A stretch of DNA of 64,000 nucleotides from Ramazzottius varieornatus. Taxonomy: Eukaryota > Animalia > Tardigrada. The notes beneath the pieces were generated by a model, which was given only the letters and a program-made list of their open reading frames with translations, ran no database searches and had not been told where the DNA came from. Where the stretch lies: NCBI GenBank assembly GCA_001949185.1, contig BDGG01000001.1, forward strand, positions 6,175,591 through 6,239,590, written 5' to 3'. The translations under genes were made by a program, and so were the position numbers. Below, piece by piece: positions 38,261-50,992 of the stretch (positions within the stretch are counted from its first letter, which is position 1; each line of letters starts with the position of its first letter).

Positions 38261-39339
38261 CTGATCTTTGCTCAAATATATTGGCCGTAGCCTCTTGACG
38301 TCACTTTCTTTTGTTTTTTTGCAAGCTATACGGTAGATGTTTGGCTGGTGGCAAGTTAAAATCGAAGAGCGATGTACACATCTCGAGCGACTGGACTGTA
38401 AAATATTTCTGATCCGTGCGTGAACAGAGCAAGGGAACTTTCCTCCTTAGTCCTAACATCGCTTTGGTGTTGTCGATTGTGGCTAGACTGACTGCAGCTT
38501 CCTTCAGCACCTTCTTCCGATTCACAGCGGTCCTTGCCGGGTGCCGTCTCTATTGCTTTCCCAGCGACGCTGGTATCCTGCGATTTCTAGACAAACGACA
38601 CACAAAGCGTTCGAAATCGCAAAACAGAACCTGGAAAAGCGGACAGCCTCGCAGTCAGCAATGAGCAGTGCGAGTATACAGGTGGATCGCCAAACACATG
38701 GCCCTGCACTGTGCAATCACATCGTATCAGCGTACCAAAAACTCTAGTGTTTTTGACTGTTGATCAGCTTTATTTCTATTACCCATAAAGCTGGTGTTGC
38801 TCTAGCCGTCTGTGGATTTTATGCTGAATAAGTATTAAGGTAAATATCACGCAATGCCGACAGTGCTCTCAAACACATCCTCACCATACGTGACACTGTC
38901 AATTCCTCTAAATACGTATTCGTTAAAAGCCATTAGTAATCGTCATCTTATCTAAGTTGACGATAAAATTATAAACGTGAACGTTGTGCTGCACGAGAAT
39001 TGATCTGCGAAGTATTACATGGAGCCACTATACAACTTTAGCTACCACACGAGCTGTAAGAGTGCCTCCAAAACAAAGAACCGATAAGGCTTGTTAACTC
39101 TCCTGCCGACTGCTGCTGCTGCTTGTGGCGGTTGACGCACGTTTTTAGTCTTCATCTTTCTCGAAAGTCTGAGCATGTACGAGTACTTTCCAAGCAGTGG
39201 CACGGGCACGGAAGTGCATAAGTTTACAGTCGTCTAGTCCACACCAATACACTCTTCGACATTTTACCGCTGATGATCTCAGGTTCGCCGTCGACTCACA
39301 ACCTTCGTATGTCCGTTTACTCTGTTTCACGGGTATTCT

Positions 39340-39659
39340 ATAACAGTTTCAGCCTTTTTAGTCTTTTAGAACTTCGCTTTCGTCTAGAGCCGTTTTCGTC
39401 CCAGGCATTTGGATCTAAGTCGTTGTATTTTTACTTCAGTCCCTTGGTTGTCAATTTCAGTTTCTAATATATCAGTTTTAGTCTCTGCATATCAGTCTCA
39501 ATTTCAGAGTGTTTAGTTTCGGTCCCTGCGCCGTCAGTTCAGTCTCTACCACTTCAGTCTCAGTCCGACTAACTGATACGCTAATCCAGTCTAGTCTTGA
39601 GACGGAAACTGAAACTGATACAAAACTGATATTTTTTCAGTGAACCAAATACAACACTG
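39340..39659. mobile_element. Right-arm copy of family C element
   Basis: Colinear similarity to 35130-35469, ending AAATACAACACTG. Confidence 0.75.
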
Positions 39660-40516
39660 GATCGGGAGGGTTGGCCATATGAACTTCTAAGTGGAGCAGA
39701 AGAATTTTCTCGCTAGAAAGCGCAAACCTCAGTCGTACACGACGCCCGGGAGTTCGGGCATTCACGGGTATGCGATGTGTGGAAAGTGACTAGTCAGCTT
39801 GTGCGCACCGATGATGGTATGCACCACGAACGCACTACAATGCGTCGCCTAGCGGATTTCCGCTTGGTGTGCATGGCCAGATTGCACGTTCCTCTGACCA
39901 ATAAATTTTCCTGGCCCTCCCTCTTTTTACCTTAACCCAGCCTTTCCTCGGTTACAGAGAACCATGAAATTTCATTTCAACGACTTTGACATTTTTACAT
40001 TACTGTGAATATTCGCTGGATCCGACCGAGCACTACGGGTGGCAAATTATGACCGGGGAGCGCAGGTTTGAGTTCTGTGTGAACCCCGGTGAGTGTTTGC
40101 GTCATTAGAGATGTAAGGGGCGGATCCAACGAGGATTTACAGTACAATGTGCGCAAAAAATTATCTCGAAACTGGGTGTTGGATGGAGCGAGATGGCAGT
40201 GGTCAATGAAATTTGCGAGGACCACACCAACGTTGTTGTTGGTCACCCGACAACCAAGCCCCAGTTTAATTATCACGCCCATTACCGACGGTTAATTTTA
40301 CTACATACTACATCACACACAAAGCCCAGAACTGTCTGCATCGGGCGGATTTTGCACGGACCGGGTCCGTGAGTTGACCCAGCTGATCGGGACTTTACGG
40401 TACTACTTCGTGTCACTGATGCATAGTATGACTTCTGCGTTCACGAGTAGCAGTTCTTCTTGATTCTTCAACTGCACATGCTACAGGAACAGCTGTTCGG
40501 TCGTTCGTTGGGAAGA

Positions 40517-42429
40517 ATGGCTCTGGGGAAGGATCCCGGTCAGGAAGCAAAGCTGACTTCTACCTTGCTAACCGTCGCCATTACAGTGTCTTTCGGAACT
40601 TGGTTTGCCATGGGATATCTGATGGTTGCGCTGAACGGTCTCCAGTTCACCATCGTCAACTGGATCCGTGCAGTGAAGTGTCAACGGCTAGCCGGTGTGA
40701 CTTTTCAACGCACAAACGACTCTACCAGTTTGGATCTGTGGTGTCGGCGGTATGAGCCGAACGGAGAGAGCAACATCCTGGCAGAAAACAGTGAGCTCAA
40801 CATCATATGGGCTGTATCGTCTTCGGTTATCACTGTGGGAGGGCTCTTGGCTACCTTTACATGCACGTCGCTCGTTCCACGACTGGGTAGGAAGGGATCG
40901 TTGTTTTTCACCAGTGGATTATACATCACAGGAACGGTTATGTTTGCGTCGTCAAAGTGGGCTGCGTCCTTCGAGCTTCTCATTGCTGGCCGCTTCATAG
41001 TGGGATGTTCTATGGCCTATATTTGTGTGGTGGCACCGCTGTACATCACCGATCTGACGTCGCCGCGTTTGCGCGGATCAGTAGGAACTATCCCTGTGAT
41101 GTAGGTTGGAATAAAGTCGAGACGCACTGTGCAGCTTGGTTGCAGTGCGCGTTCTTCTCTGGCAGTCAATTTGCTGAGTTTTTCTTTTGCAGATTCTATG
41201 ACGTAGGCTTGGTCCTGGGCACGAGCTTCAGCCTGCCCATGCTCCTGGGCACGGACGACGGCTGGCCCTTCCTGATTCTGATTCCATGCCTGCCCGCGCT
41301 CGCTCTGTGCTTGGCTCTTCCGTTCTTTCCCGATAGTCCTAGAAGCCTACTCGTCAATCAGGACAACGAGAAAGCGCGGGCAGCTCTGGTCTGGCTGCGA
41401 AGAACGCCAGACGTTGACGAAGAGCTAGCCGCCATACAGTCCTCTATCGACAACGAAGTCAAGGACCACACATCCGTCATTCGGTTTTTCCGGACGCCTT
41501 TCCTCCGATCGACTTTTCTGATCTGCTTTGTGGCCATGGTGTCTCAGCAGTTCTCCGGCTATCAGTGCATCGTCTTTTACTCCACATCGATCTTCAACAG
41601 TGTCGGCTTGACGCAAAACCACGCTGTGTACGCCACCACTGGTGCGTATCTTTTGTGCTTCTCGCACGCCTGACATAATATGGCAAACTTGGAGAAGTTC
41701 GAAAAGGGATCATCTGCATTCGGTCAATGGAAAGCAAAACTGTCTATTGCATCCGAAGATCATCAAACCGGAGGCCGGCAAACAGTCTCGAGGGGATCAC
41801 CAACTCCAGAGGCGCACGTTCCCGATAAGCAACAAAGGAAGTGCGTCACTTGAGAAAAAAGACGATCATGCCGAGGTGGTTTGCGGCCTCCCAAATTTTG
41901 AACTGCGCGGGAGTAGATAATGTCAGCGTATTTTCCAGGTTTATGGATAACGCTGCTGTGTTGCACACTTTTGTCATCGGCCCTAATGGAGAAGCTGGGC
42001 AGACGGATGTTGATTTTGGGAGGCAACTTCTTTGAAGGACTGTCATTGGCACTTTTGGTGATTTTCATGGCAATGACGAAACAAGGGCATGAATGGACAA
42101 AGAATGTCAGTGTGGCTTGCTTGTTCACCTTTGTCGCGTCATATGGAATGGGGCCCATAACAGTGCCATGGATCCTGCCGACCGAGTTGTTCAATGCGCA
42201 GTCCAGTGCGACGGCCATGACCTGGACAGCAGTCACGTCGTGGGCAGCCGCCTTACTCTCCACGTTCATCTTCCCGGTTGTTGTGTCCAGAGCGGAAGAG
42301 TATACGTTTATCATTTTCATTGGGATCTTGCTGCTTTCGTCCGTGTTTCTGTACTTTCGACAACCTGAGACCAAAGGCCGTTCGGCGGAAGCAGTACAAG
42401 CTGCGCTTCGACGTGGCAAAAGACTTTAG
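40517..42429 (+). CDS. Facilitative sugar transporter (SLC2A/GLUT-like MFS), 3 exons
   Basis: RLGRKG, ELLIAGRFIVG, PLYITDLTSPRLRG, LLGTDDGWP, PDSPR, QQFSG, EKLGRRML, VPWILPTELF, PETKGR; introns near 41100-41192 and 41642-41918. Confidence 0.92.
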
Positions 42430-43010
42430 CGCTCCTTTCGGTACGTATCTCACTTCGATGTCAAAAGATCAAGTTTGTCGCGGTATATAACGTGATCCGT
42501 GGGTCCGACGCGACCTGATTGCTCACCTCGGTATTTACACGCCAATGTCCGGAAATAGTTCCCACTAGCTTTTCCTATACACATTCGACACCAACTGATT
42601 TGGTCCACATATTCAAACATCGTTAAATACTTACATGATAGAGATCAGTTTCGTTGAATGTACAGTAATTCAATCCTCAAAGTAAGTACGCTGTTTATTT
42701 GGATAATCCCGTTTGGCCCATCCATGAGCACCATTAGTCCATTACTGTGTGCATCTACCCTGGTTTAACTTAGGTTTCTCCACTGTCTTGCCGACAATTT
42801 TGCTAACTGGATCATTAGCACCGTTAGGCACAAACGGGAATAAGTACGCCAAGTCCGAAAAAGATTTCTGGGTGAAACGCGAACCTTGTGGTTACAGTAC
42901 TATTGCGGGCAGAAAGTACATACCATGACATAGATTCCAGACAGAAAGTTTTCACCTTTCCGCTCCGCCCTTGCACTAGACCAGCTAGTGAAACGGTTTT
43001 AGTAACCCTG

Positions 43011-43583
43011 ACAAGGTATTTACGCCAGTCGGTCCGCTCTGAACTCTGAAACCAATTCGCTATATAAGTGGATGACAGTTCACTGTATAAACAGAGGCAG
43101 GCAGCATCGGCGGAAATAATTCCTGGACGCCACTACAAAATTCGGGCACATGGATACAATGGCCGTACGGCTCCGTCCCAATGACGTAACCAAACCGCTT
43201 TGACGTAATGCACTTTGATTTGATTCCTGAGTGACAAGGAGACGATCAGCTGATCGTCGAAGAGTGTGTGTGGTTCGCCAGACAGCTTGCTGTCTCGGAG
43301 CTGTTGTACTTCATGGTGCGCAATTTGGAGCGGCAACGACGTCAAATCCAATCAGCTGTTCATCTCATTGTCAATGAAAAAGTCTCAGTCAAGAGTATAC
43401 GTCATCGCACCAGACTTGTACGCTAGTGTACGACAATATTTCCTCTGTTCCAGAATTTCGCAGTGTCGTCCAGGAATTAGTTCCGCCGATACCGTCTGCT
43501 CTGTTTTATGGAGTGGACCCTTTTTTATTTTTCCATCTTATTTCCTTTGTAGTTAGAGTGGACCGACTGGCGTAAATCCTTGT
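43011..43583. mobile_element. About 570-bp element with about 33-bp TIRs
   Basis: ACAAGGTATTTACGCCAGTCGGTCCGCTCTGAACT / AGTTAGAGTGGACCGACTGGCGTAAATCCTTGT. Confidence 0.75.
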
Positions 43584-44359
43584 GAGTACCTGACTGCCGG
43601 TCTCGTTACCCACGTTCTTATCAACCAAATCTCAGAAACTTCTGCATGCTCCACTACCCTTACCATTATTCCCCGTTACCGCTTTTTCGGTCTGTAGTTT
43701 TTGGACTCTAGGTTCGATGCGCTGGCGTTTAAAGGGTTTCAGCGATATTTTTTGTCACAAGACGAAGTCTCGCTCGCAGCATACAGATGCAGAAAACCTT
43801 CTGGGAGAGTTCGGCACACTGTACGAGTGCGCGAAGTGAAAATTGACAACGGGTATCAAAACAAAGTCCATATTGACACGTTAGGACCGACAGCTTGTGG
43901 TCTCCACCACATGGCCATAACTCGAGCAGACTATCTTCAACAGACCCGACAGCTTCCGATATCACTAACGGAGCGAGAACTTTATGTTGCCATGTTCGAG
44001 ATTAATCAGTCTGCTGTGTTTACTCATTGAAACAGCCACAGTTTCTGCTCAACGCGGTGGACTACGCGGTAACCCCGACATCTTTCGAACCTGCCTTGTA
44101 GGCTGACGATAAGATTACGCTGCACACCCCGACACAGTAGCTAATTTTGGATACAAAAAAACCCTCTGTACTGGAACATAAAACTTATCCATGCATGCAT
44201 TTATGATGTGTCTGTACTACAGCGCCTCTACCAGGCGTCACACCACGCGTTTCATCCGTTTCTGCGTGAGATTGTCTAACAATTCTAAATTCGAACTGAT
44301 GATCCCTGCGTTGCGAAGGAGCACGAACGTTTCGAGTGAACTCTGATTTCTACCATCAG

Positions 44360-45566
44360 ATGTCTCTTCCTTTGAAGCGACGCCTTCATCTCATCCTGCA
44401 TGTATCACGAAACCATTTCTTTCACACACGTGGTAAAAGGAAAGCTTGTACTGTTCTCTTCGCGGCAATGCTCCTGATGCTAGTCCTTGCTCTCAACTTC
44501 CGTGATTTCGGTTACCTGACTCGACCGATATGGGACACGCCTCCGGTCCCGTTCAGCATCTCTCCTCACTTCGACCATCCATCCATACCAATCTCAGAAC
44601 TGTGCTCTCTCCATGGCTGGAAACCACGAAAGGAGAATTCTACTGTACGTGTCTTCGATGCGACTATTTTTAGCTTCGAGGACGACTTGCTCGAGATCCG
44701 CTTACACGAACTGTGGGATGTTGTCGATCGCTTTATCATCGTGGAAGCCGACAAGACCTTCACTGGAAAACCGAAACCAGTTCGCTTCCCGGGACTTCGT
44801 AAAAATAAAGACTTTAGCTGGGCGGAAAGTAAGCTTCTGTACAAGGAAGTGACGCTAAAGTCACCCAATGAGGCGAAAAACGTTTCGCTGGCTCATCTAG
44901 CCTGGCGAAACGAAGCAAGAATGAGGAAACAACTGACTTCGCTTCTGACATCTAACGGCCTGAAAGCCGGAGATCTGGTCATTCAGTCTGACATGGATGA
45001 GCTTCCTTTCCAGAGGACGATTGCGCTGTTCAGGGCTTGTGAAGGGTACCCAGATCTGATGCATTTAGAGATGAGGACCTTCATGTACTCGTTCGAGTTT
45101 CCACGTATGGGACCAGGTGACGCCAAAACCTCAATCAAGACGAAAAGAGATAACGACGAGTGGTATTACAGTCATCAACGCAAGTCGGACCATGTCCTGG
45201 CGGATGCTGGCTGGCATTGCAGTTTCTGCTTCAGGCACTTGGAAGACTTTAGAACAAAGATGCTGGGGTACAGCCACTTCGATCGGGTTACCAAGTCGAA
45301 GTTTCTGGACGATACCGAAATTCAGGAGCGGATATGTGCCGGGAAAGATTTGTTTGACATGTTCCCGGTAAGCCTGCAAGTGGATGTGTTCCGAAGGTTC
45401 ATTTATTTCACGCACTTGGTTACAGGAAGTTTACACGTTCAGAGATCTGGTGTATCAGTTCTGGAGACACCCTCCCCGAAGCAGTTCGTTTATTCAGATA
45501 CCGACGTGGATATTACAAAATGCAAGACGATTTGCCTTCTTGCTACCCGGTGGTTGCATTCGGTGA
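44360..45566 (+). CDS. Glycosyltransferase family 17 (MGAT3/GnT-III-like), plant/fungal type; intron 45368-45425
   Basis: Type II TM, YLTRPIWDTPP.PF..IxH, LCSLHGW, RVFDATIFSFEDDLLEIRLHEL, IVEADKTFTGKPKP, SDMDE, YSFEF, LADAGWHCSFCFR, YSHFDRV, DLFDMFP|EVYTF, FAFLLPGGCIR*. Confidence 0.92.
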
Positions 45567-46827
45567 AGTCTGGAGTAGACAGATGTGCGACTTTCCCTGC
45601 TCCGGATACGAAGTGGATTTGAGACCATTGACGGGAACAGCAACTGGATCTTACCCCTGTGGTCCACATAGATGACGAATGTACACCTTCGTCCGGTACA
45701 GTGGCTCCTTCTGTCAGGATAGTTCTATCGGAGTCTGGGTGTCAGTCTGCCCGAAGATCTGGATCCTGAAGAGAGACGTCTTAGCAGTCGCGCGCAGCGC
45801 ATCATCCCATATACACATATGTATTTCCATCCGCGTGTGGATGACCTGTAACACAGTGCAATCGAAGGTGGTGAATTCCGGACAAGACCCACAGATTGAC
45901 TACACAGGAAGCTCCCAGCTTCCTTCTGGTGGCTCTGTTCGCTCAGTCCATGTTCACGTTTCGACGTTTGCTTTTGGGTTCTATGCCCAAGGAGTGCAGT
46001 GTGTAGGAACACGTTAGTTGCCTGATGATCAGAGAATGGATTATTAACGTCGCGTGAAGGAGCCCAACTGTCCCAAAGAAGATTCTGATCTGATTGGCGT
46101 AACGTCACATTTCAGGCCTGTCTAGCCTGGGCATATGGGTTTTTGTCTGACCTTGTGGAAATTCGAAAACAGGGGCCAGCAATGGGCTCTCAGCCTGTGC
46201 TTCCAAAAGGAGACCGACAATGTTCCCAGTTACCTTCCTTACCTTGACATATCTGTGAATTGTGCTCCAGAGAAGTGAGAGAACCAGCTCCGTTATTCGA
46301 AGCGTGACTACGGCAGCGCGACAACACAGCAGACTGGACAACATCCACAACTGGCAGCGGACTACGTCACCCACCACTGTGACGTAGATTCGGGTTTCCT
46401 GCTAAAACCTTTAAATTTGTAATATGAAACCAAAAAATCCGATACACGGCCACCTAATTTCATTTCGCGCACATTTATTTCACAGTGAACTCAATGGCAT
46501 GGTGTTTCACCGATGTTCTGTACCCCTTTTCCGCTATAGCTATCACATCAATCTCTTCACGCCAACCTGAGACGACCCCAGCTCTGTTTGTAAAGTCAGT
46601 CGATCTGCCGTTCTATGGTGAACAAGTCCCGCGTTCTTCCCACCATCACCACACTACACTCAAAGAGCAGTAAGTCAAATTCGCAAAACAGTTCACACTG
46701 AACAGCGCTTTCGCCCATCTCGAGAATATTCGAGAAACAAACAAGTCATGTAGAAACAATCAGTCCTTTGGGAAGCATACCACAGGTCGATAAAATGAAA
46801 TCTCTCAATAAGAGGAACCACGTTGAG

Positions 46828-49800
46828 TTATTTTGGAGATGCTTTCCCCGCTGCGGCTTTCTGGGCTTTGATCTTCTCCACCAGTTCCTACAAAAACAGG
46901 CGAGCCCATCAGTTTTATCTCATACCAATCTTACATACAGGTAATGCGGAGCTATCGTAGCGCCATCATATGGAACCTAGGCAGCCAAACTCGACAAGAT
47001 CGTTTCCCGAGATGGCGCACCCTTTCAGCAAATACCACCGAAAACGTGCGCTACTGGGTAGACAATGTTGCCCAGTATGTTCTTCCGCAGCTCCCATACA
47101 GACACAAACTCAGTTTGTTATCCGGAGAATTTCAAGAAACTAATACTTACTTTGTATCGTTTCAAACATTCTTCTTTGGACCGCGTTTGCATTTCATTAG
47201 CAATGTTCTGCCACCTGTCGGTATCTGACGCCGGGAACTTCTTCAGGCACTGCTCCAGCTGCTTCTGTTCGGCAGGCGACCATGGCTTTAGACCACCGTC
47301 ACCCTGAACAGCCACTCCATTGCTTTGCTCTGTCAAGGAAATCAATCAAATCGAAATCTCGCACCGAAATGGGGGGAGCCATGACCACAGCAGATCATTC
47401 CTACCGCTGTCTCTTTCTGATATCGAGTTATCATCTTTGGTTGGTTTCAACACCGACTTTTGTTTCGTGACGAAGGCATCGTACGCTTTACTGTTCACCT
47501 CGTTCTTCAGTACGTCATGGTGTTGATCTGGAAGAAGAATCGGTGCTTTTTATCTTGAGAAATTTATCCATATTCGGAGTTGGAAGGTCATTGCTTACCG
47601 ATCTGTTTGAGACTTTTACTTTTGGCAATGACATCTTTAGCCGTTTTCCTTTTCCTGTCCTTTTCTTTCGTGATGGCATTCAAGAAAAGGTGGTGATTGA
47701 TATACTCTGCCACCACTTGCCACCGGTTCCCTGTACCAGGTGGATACAGGTTGACTGCTTTGACCAGCAACCGGAACTCTTCGTCGGACCACTGCGAGTC
47801 AGTCTCCTGCTGCTTCTGTGCCGCTTCCTTCTTCTCTTTCTCTTCCCTCTCCCTCACTATAGCTTCCTTCACTGCCTCGACTTTCTTGTCGAGGACGTCG
47901 ATTTCGGCGTAGAAGGCGGTTTTGGCGGATACTTTATCGGAAGACGAGAGTCTCTGGTTGAGCTCTTGAAGCTGAAGACCGGACAAGGCATCACAGAGCC
48001 TCTCAGTATCCTGCATCACCTTCAGCTGACTCCCGGAATCTTCCAAAAAGTAGTTCAGGCCCTACGAGGTGCCACAAACAAGTCAGCTTCGGCATATGGA
48101 CGGCAATTAAACACTAGAAATAGTTTTTATCCACCTGCATACACATCCCGATTTGATGACTGCAGCCCATATATTCAGGTACGTGAAAGCAGATACCATC
48201 ATCCACCCGCAGACCGGTTAGTATGCAATATTACAGCACATATGTATGCAGGTACGTGATGGACGAGACTGTCATCATAAATCTGCGTACCCTGATCCTT
48301 AAGTCTAGTATTGGCACATGTATGCAGGTTTGCGAAATTTATCGGAATGGTAGGACGCACCTTGAGTAAATCCCACAAAGTCTTTCGCTCTTTTTTGAGC
48401 ACTTTCTTTTCGGCTTCTTTTTCTTTTTTCACTTTCTCGGCTTCAGCTTTCAGGGCATCTTCTTGTTGTTTCTTTACTTCCATCTCTTTCTCGAGGGCTT
48501 TCATCCTTTGCTGTTCCTCCTGCTCTTGCTTCTGCCGCAGAGCTTCCTTCTTGGCTGCTTTTTTTGCTTCGGTCCGTTTCTTTTCTTCTTCTCTCATTCT
48601 TACTATCCTCGGATCGCTATTGAAAGCGTTATCAACAAGCTTACGTATCCTGGCCGCTTCCTTGTTCTTTCTTTCCTAAAACAATCAGAAAAAAAATACA
48701 GAATATCAAATTCAGGAAAATCGAGAAACGAAATTAACCAAGAATTACCATTCGCTTCGCTTTATTTTCCTTCTCCATATACCTCCGTTCATACCGATCT
48801 TCACCAGTAACTGGCTCATCCAGGTAAGAGAAATCTCGCCAGGATTGAAAGTCGTACCAGAAATCGTAAAAATCATCCACATACTCGTCCTTTGATTTCA
48901 GACCACCAAGCTGAGGAACGGGTTGTTTCGCAGACCATCGCGAATTGTATCTGAAAGCCTGACCAAATCTGTCAAAAAACTTGTCACGTTCGTCGGCTTC
49001 GAGCTTGTCCGGAACATCGTCGGCTACCGTGGCCACAACCGTGTCCGCGCTGTCATAAGCCTTCCTCTTTTCAGGATCGCTGAGAACATCGTTGGCTTTG
49101 GTTATACAGGCGAAGTAGTCCTTCGTCTCGTCCGACACCGGGTCGCCTTTCTACAGAAGAATACATTCAGAAAATGGATCCCGAAAAGGGTAATTGAGAA
49201 CTCGAGGAACAAACTCGGCGAAAATGTTTTTACTTCTTAGTCAGTTACACTCAAAACATGCGCCACTTGGGAAAGGAAACAAGCTTGGTTAGATCGTTCT
49301 TCAAAGTGGTGCACGTGTCTAGCGATATTGGGTGGTAGCGTGCGCCACTTGGAATATCAATCTTATCGAACTTGTTTGCTTATCCCAACTCAGCTGCCTT
49401 ACCTGTCTTCGTTTGTCAGGATGATGACGAAGGATTCGCTGCTTGTACGCCTTCTTGATATCTTCGTCCGTCGCCTGGTACCGTAGCTCACCAATACCCA
49501 GGACCAGATAGTGATCTTGATCCTGTCAAGCGGTATGAATTTCAGAGATGAAGTTTCAAATTTTCTTTCGATAAATCCAATTCTTCAAACTCTTCCGTCA
49601 CAAACATCGTTCCGACGGTCTTACCTTCCACTGAGTAGGGTCGAGATGTTTCAGGTAATCTTCCTGATTTTCGTGGGAGACTTTGAAGGGGATAATCACA
49701 CCTGTGGAGTAAAACGGTCATGCACAAGTGACAAGTACTGTAATGCTCCATAAACTTCGCGAAACACGTCGTCATACGCGCGAAACATCCCTTAGGGGGT

Positions 49801-50187
49801 TGGTAGGGCAAAACTTTCGGACCGGCGTTCAACTGGACGCGTAAGATCACGTGCTTCGCGAAGTTCATGAAGCATTACAGTACTATTCAATAAATAATGC
49901 ACATGTTCGTGGATTGCTGATTGAACTCACTCTGTCCATTGATGTAATTTTTATCGTTGGCGAGGTTGGCGTTATTCTTGACGCCGGATTTCGTTTGTCT
50001 CAGCTATAACAACCGTTACACATTGGCTGGGCAGAACTTCGGGATGACTTGGAAGAGACAGTCTTACGCGTTTTCGACTGCTAGTGGCGGCTTCGCAGTA
50101 CGGTCGGAGGAAGGTGTTGTAGAAATAGTCCCGGTGCTCCTGTACTTCTTTCGCCAAGAGAACGGCTGTCTCCGTCGCTACGTGCAT
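46828..50187 (-). CDS. DNAJC2: DnaJ homolog subfamily C member 2 (MPP11/zuotin), multi-exon
   Basis: [22 protein letters not shown]-domain motif, [29 protein letters not shown], charged coiled coil, two SANT/Myb domains ([16 protein letters not shown]; [17 protein letters not shown]). Confidence 0.95.
49736..49882. mobile_element. 147-bp TA-flanked MITE in a DNAJC2 intron
   Basis: TACTGTAATGCTCCATAAACTTCGCGAA / TTCGCGAAGTTCATGAAGCATTACAGTA inverted termini. Confidence 0.75.
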
Positions 50188-50992
50188 TCTTCAGCAGTCC
50201 ACAATGATCCAACTTCCTAAAACAACTTCTGGAGTTTGTGAAGATGTCTTGGATAGGTAGGAGGAGAACTCAACTCGAGAAAGCAGGGAAGAAAATAACT
50301 GTTTCGTAAATCGAAATTTTCGAGAATCGAGAAGAATTTAACTTTCAACCAAATCAATAATCAAGATGTCCGGTGTTCACACGGTTTCATTACCGTTCAG
50401 CAGTGGAACCGTGCGAACGTTTGGAACAGTCGAGTCGAGGGGTTTTGGGCATTCCGAACAGGTGTTACAACATCGATTGATTACCCTTTGTTGTTGACCG
50501 TTCCCAGCGTGGAATTCTTTCTTCTCAACGCCAAAATCGTACTTTCGATTCATGGCGCCATAATTCCAAAGATCGGTTTATTTTATCCGAAGACCTTTCA
50601 AGACGCTTCCCAAGTCCGGTTGACATCATTAATGGAAAGTATAATGTTCGAAAGGCGGCAAAGGCCCGAAAATGCCTTGCGGCTCCCTAAAGGCACCGTG
50701 ATACTAACTTAGTAAGCGAAAAGACCGAAGAGCGAAGTTCATTTTTTGCCCGTAGACAACCGCTGAATGATAGTCATCACTGCTATGTAGGTCGTCTCTG
50801 TACTACAGTACACCAAAAGAACAGTCTTACGAACAGCTGAGCGAATAAGTTACCATCAAGGATTCACGTGGACGATCCGACGGTTGCACCTGATTTGTTC
50901 TTCGTGCTTTGCAGCTTCGATCCACTGGGTACATACCGGCCTTGTCACTCGTTTTCGTCTACTCCGACAAGCAACCGCATCGTTCTTTCATC

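Noticed and set aside
43701-44030. 109-aa ORF (and similar short ORFs at 33531-34099 and 45679-46377)
   Set aside because: No recognisable motifs or consistent splice structure.
45368-45622. C-terminal 85 aa of the 428-aa ORF
   Set aside because: Read-through into an intron; the conserved GT17 C-terminus is in another frame after splicing 45368-45425.
47543-48810. Long plus-strand ORFs (238, 122 and 115 aa)
   Set aside because: Antisense shadows of DNAJC2 exons. The same applies to the ORFs opposite BTF3, CDIPT and the GLUT-like gene.
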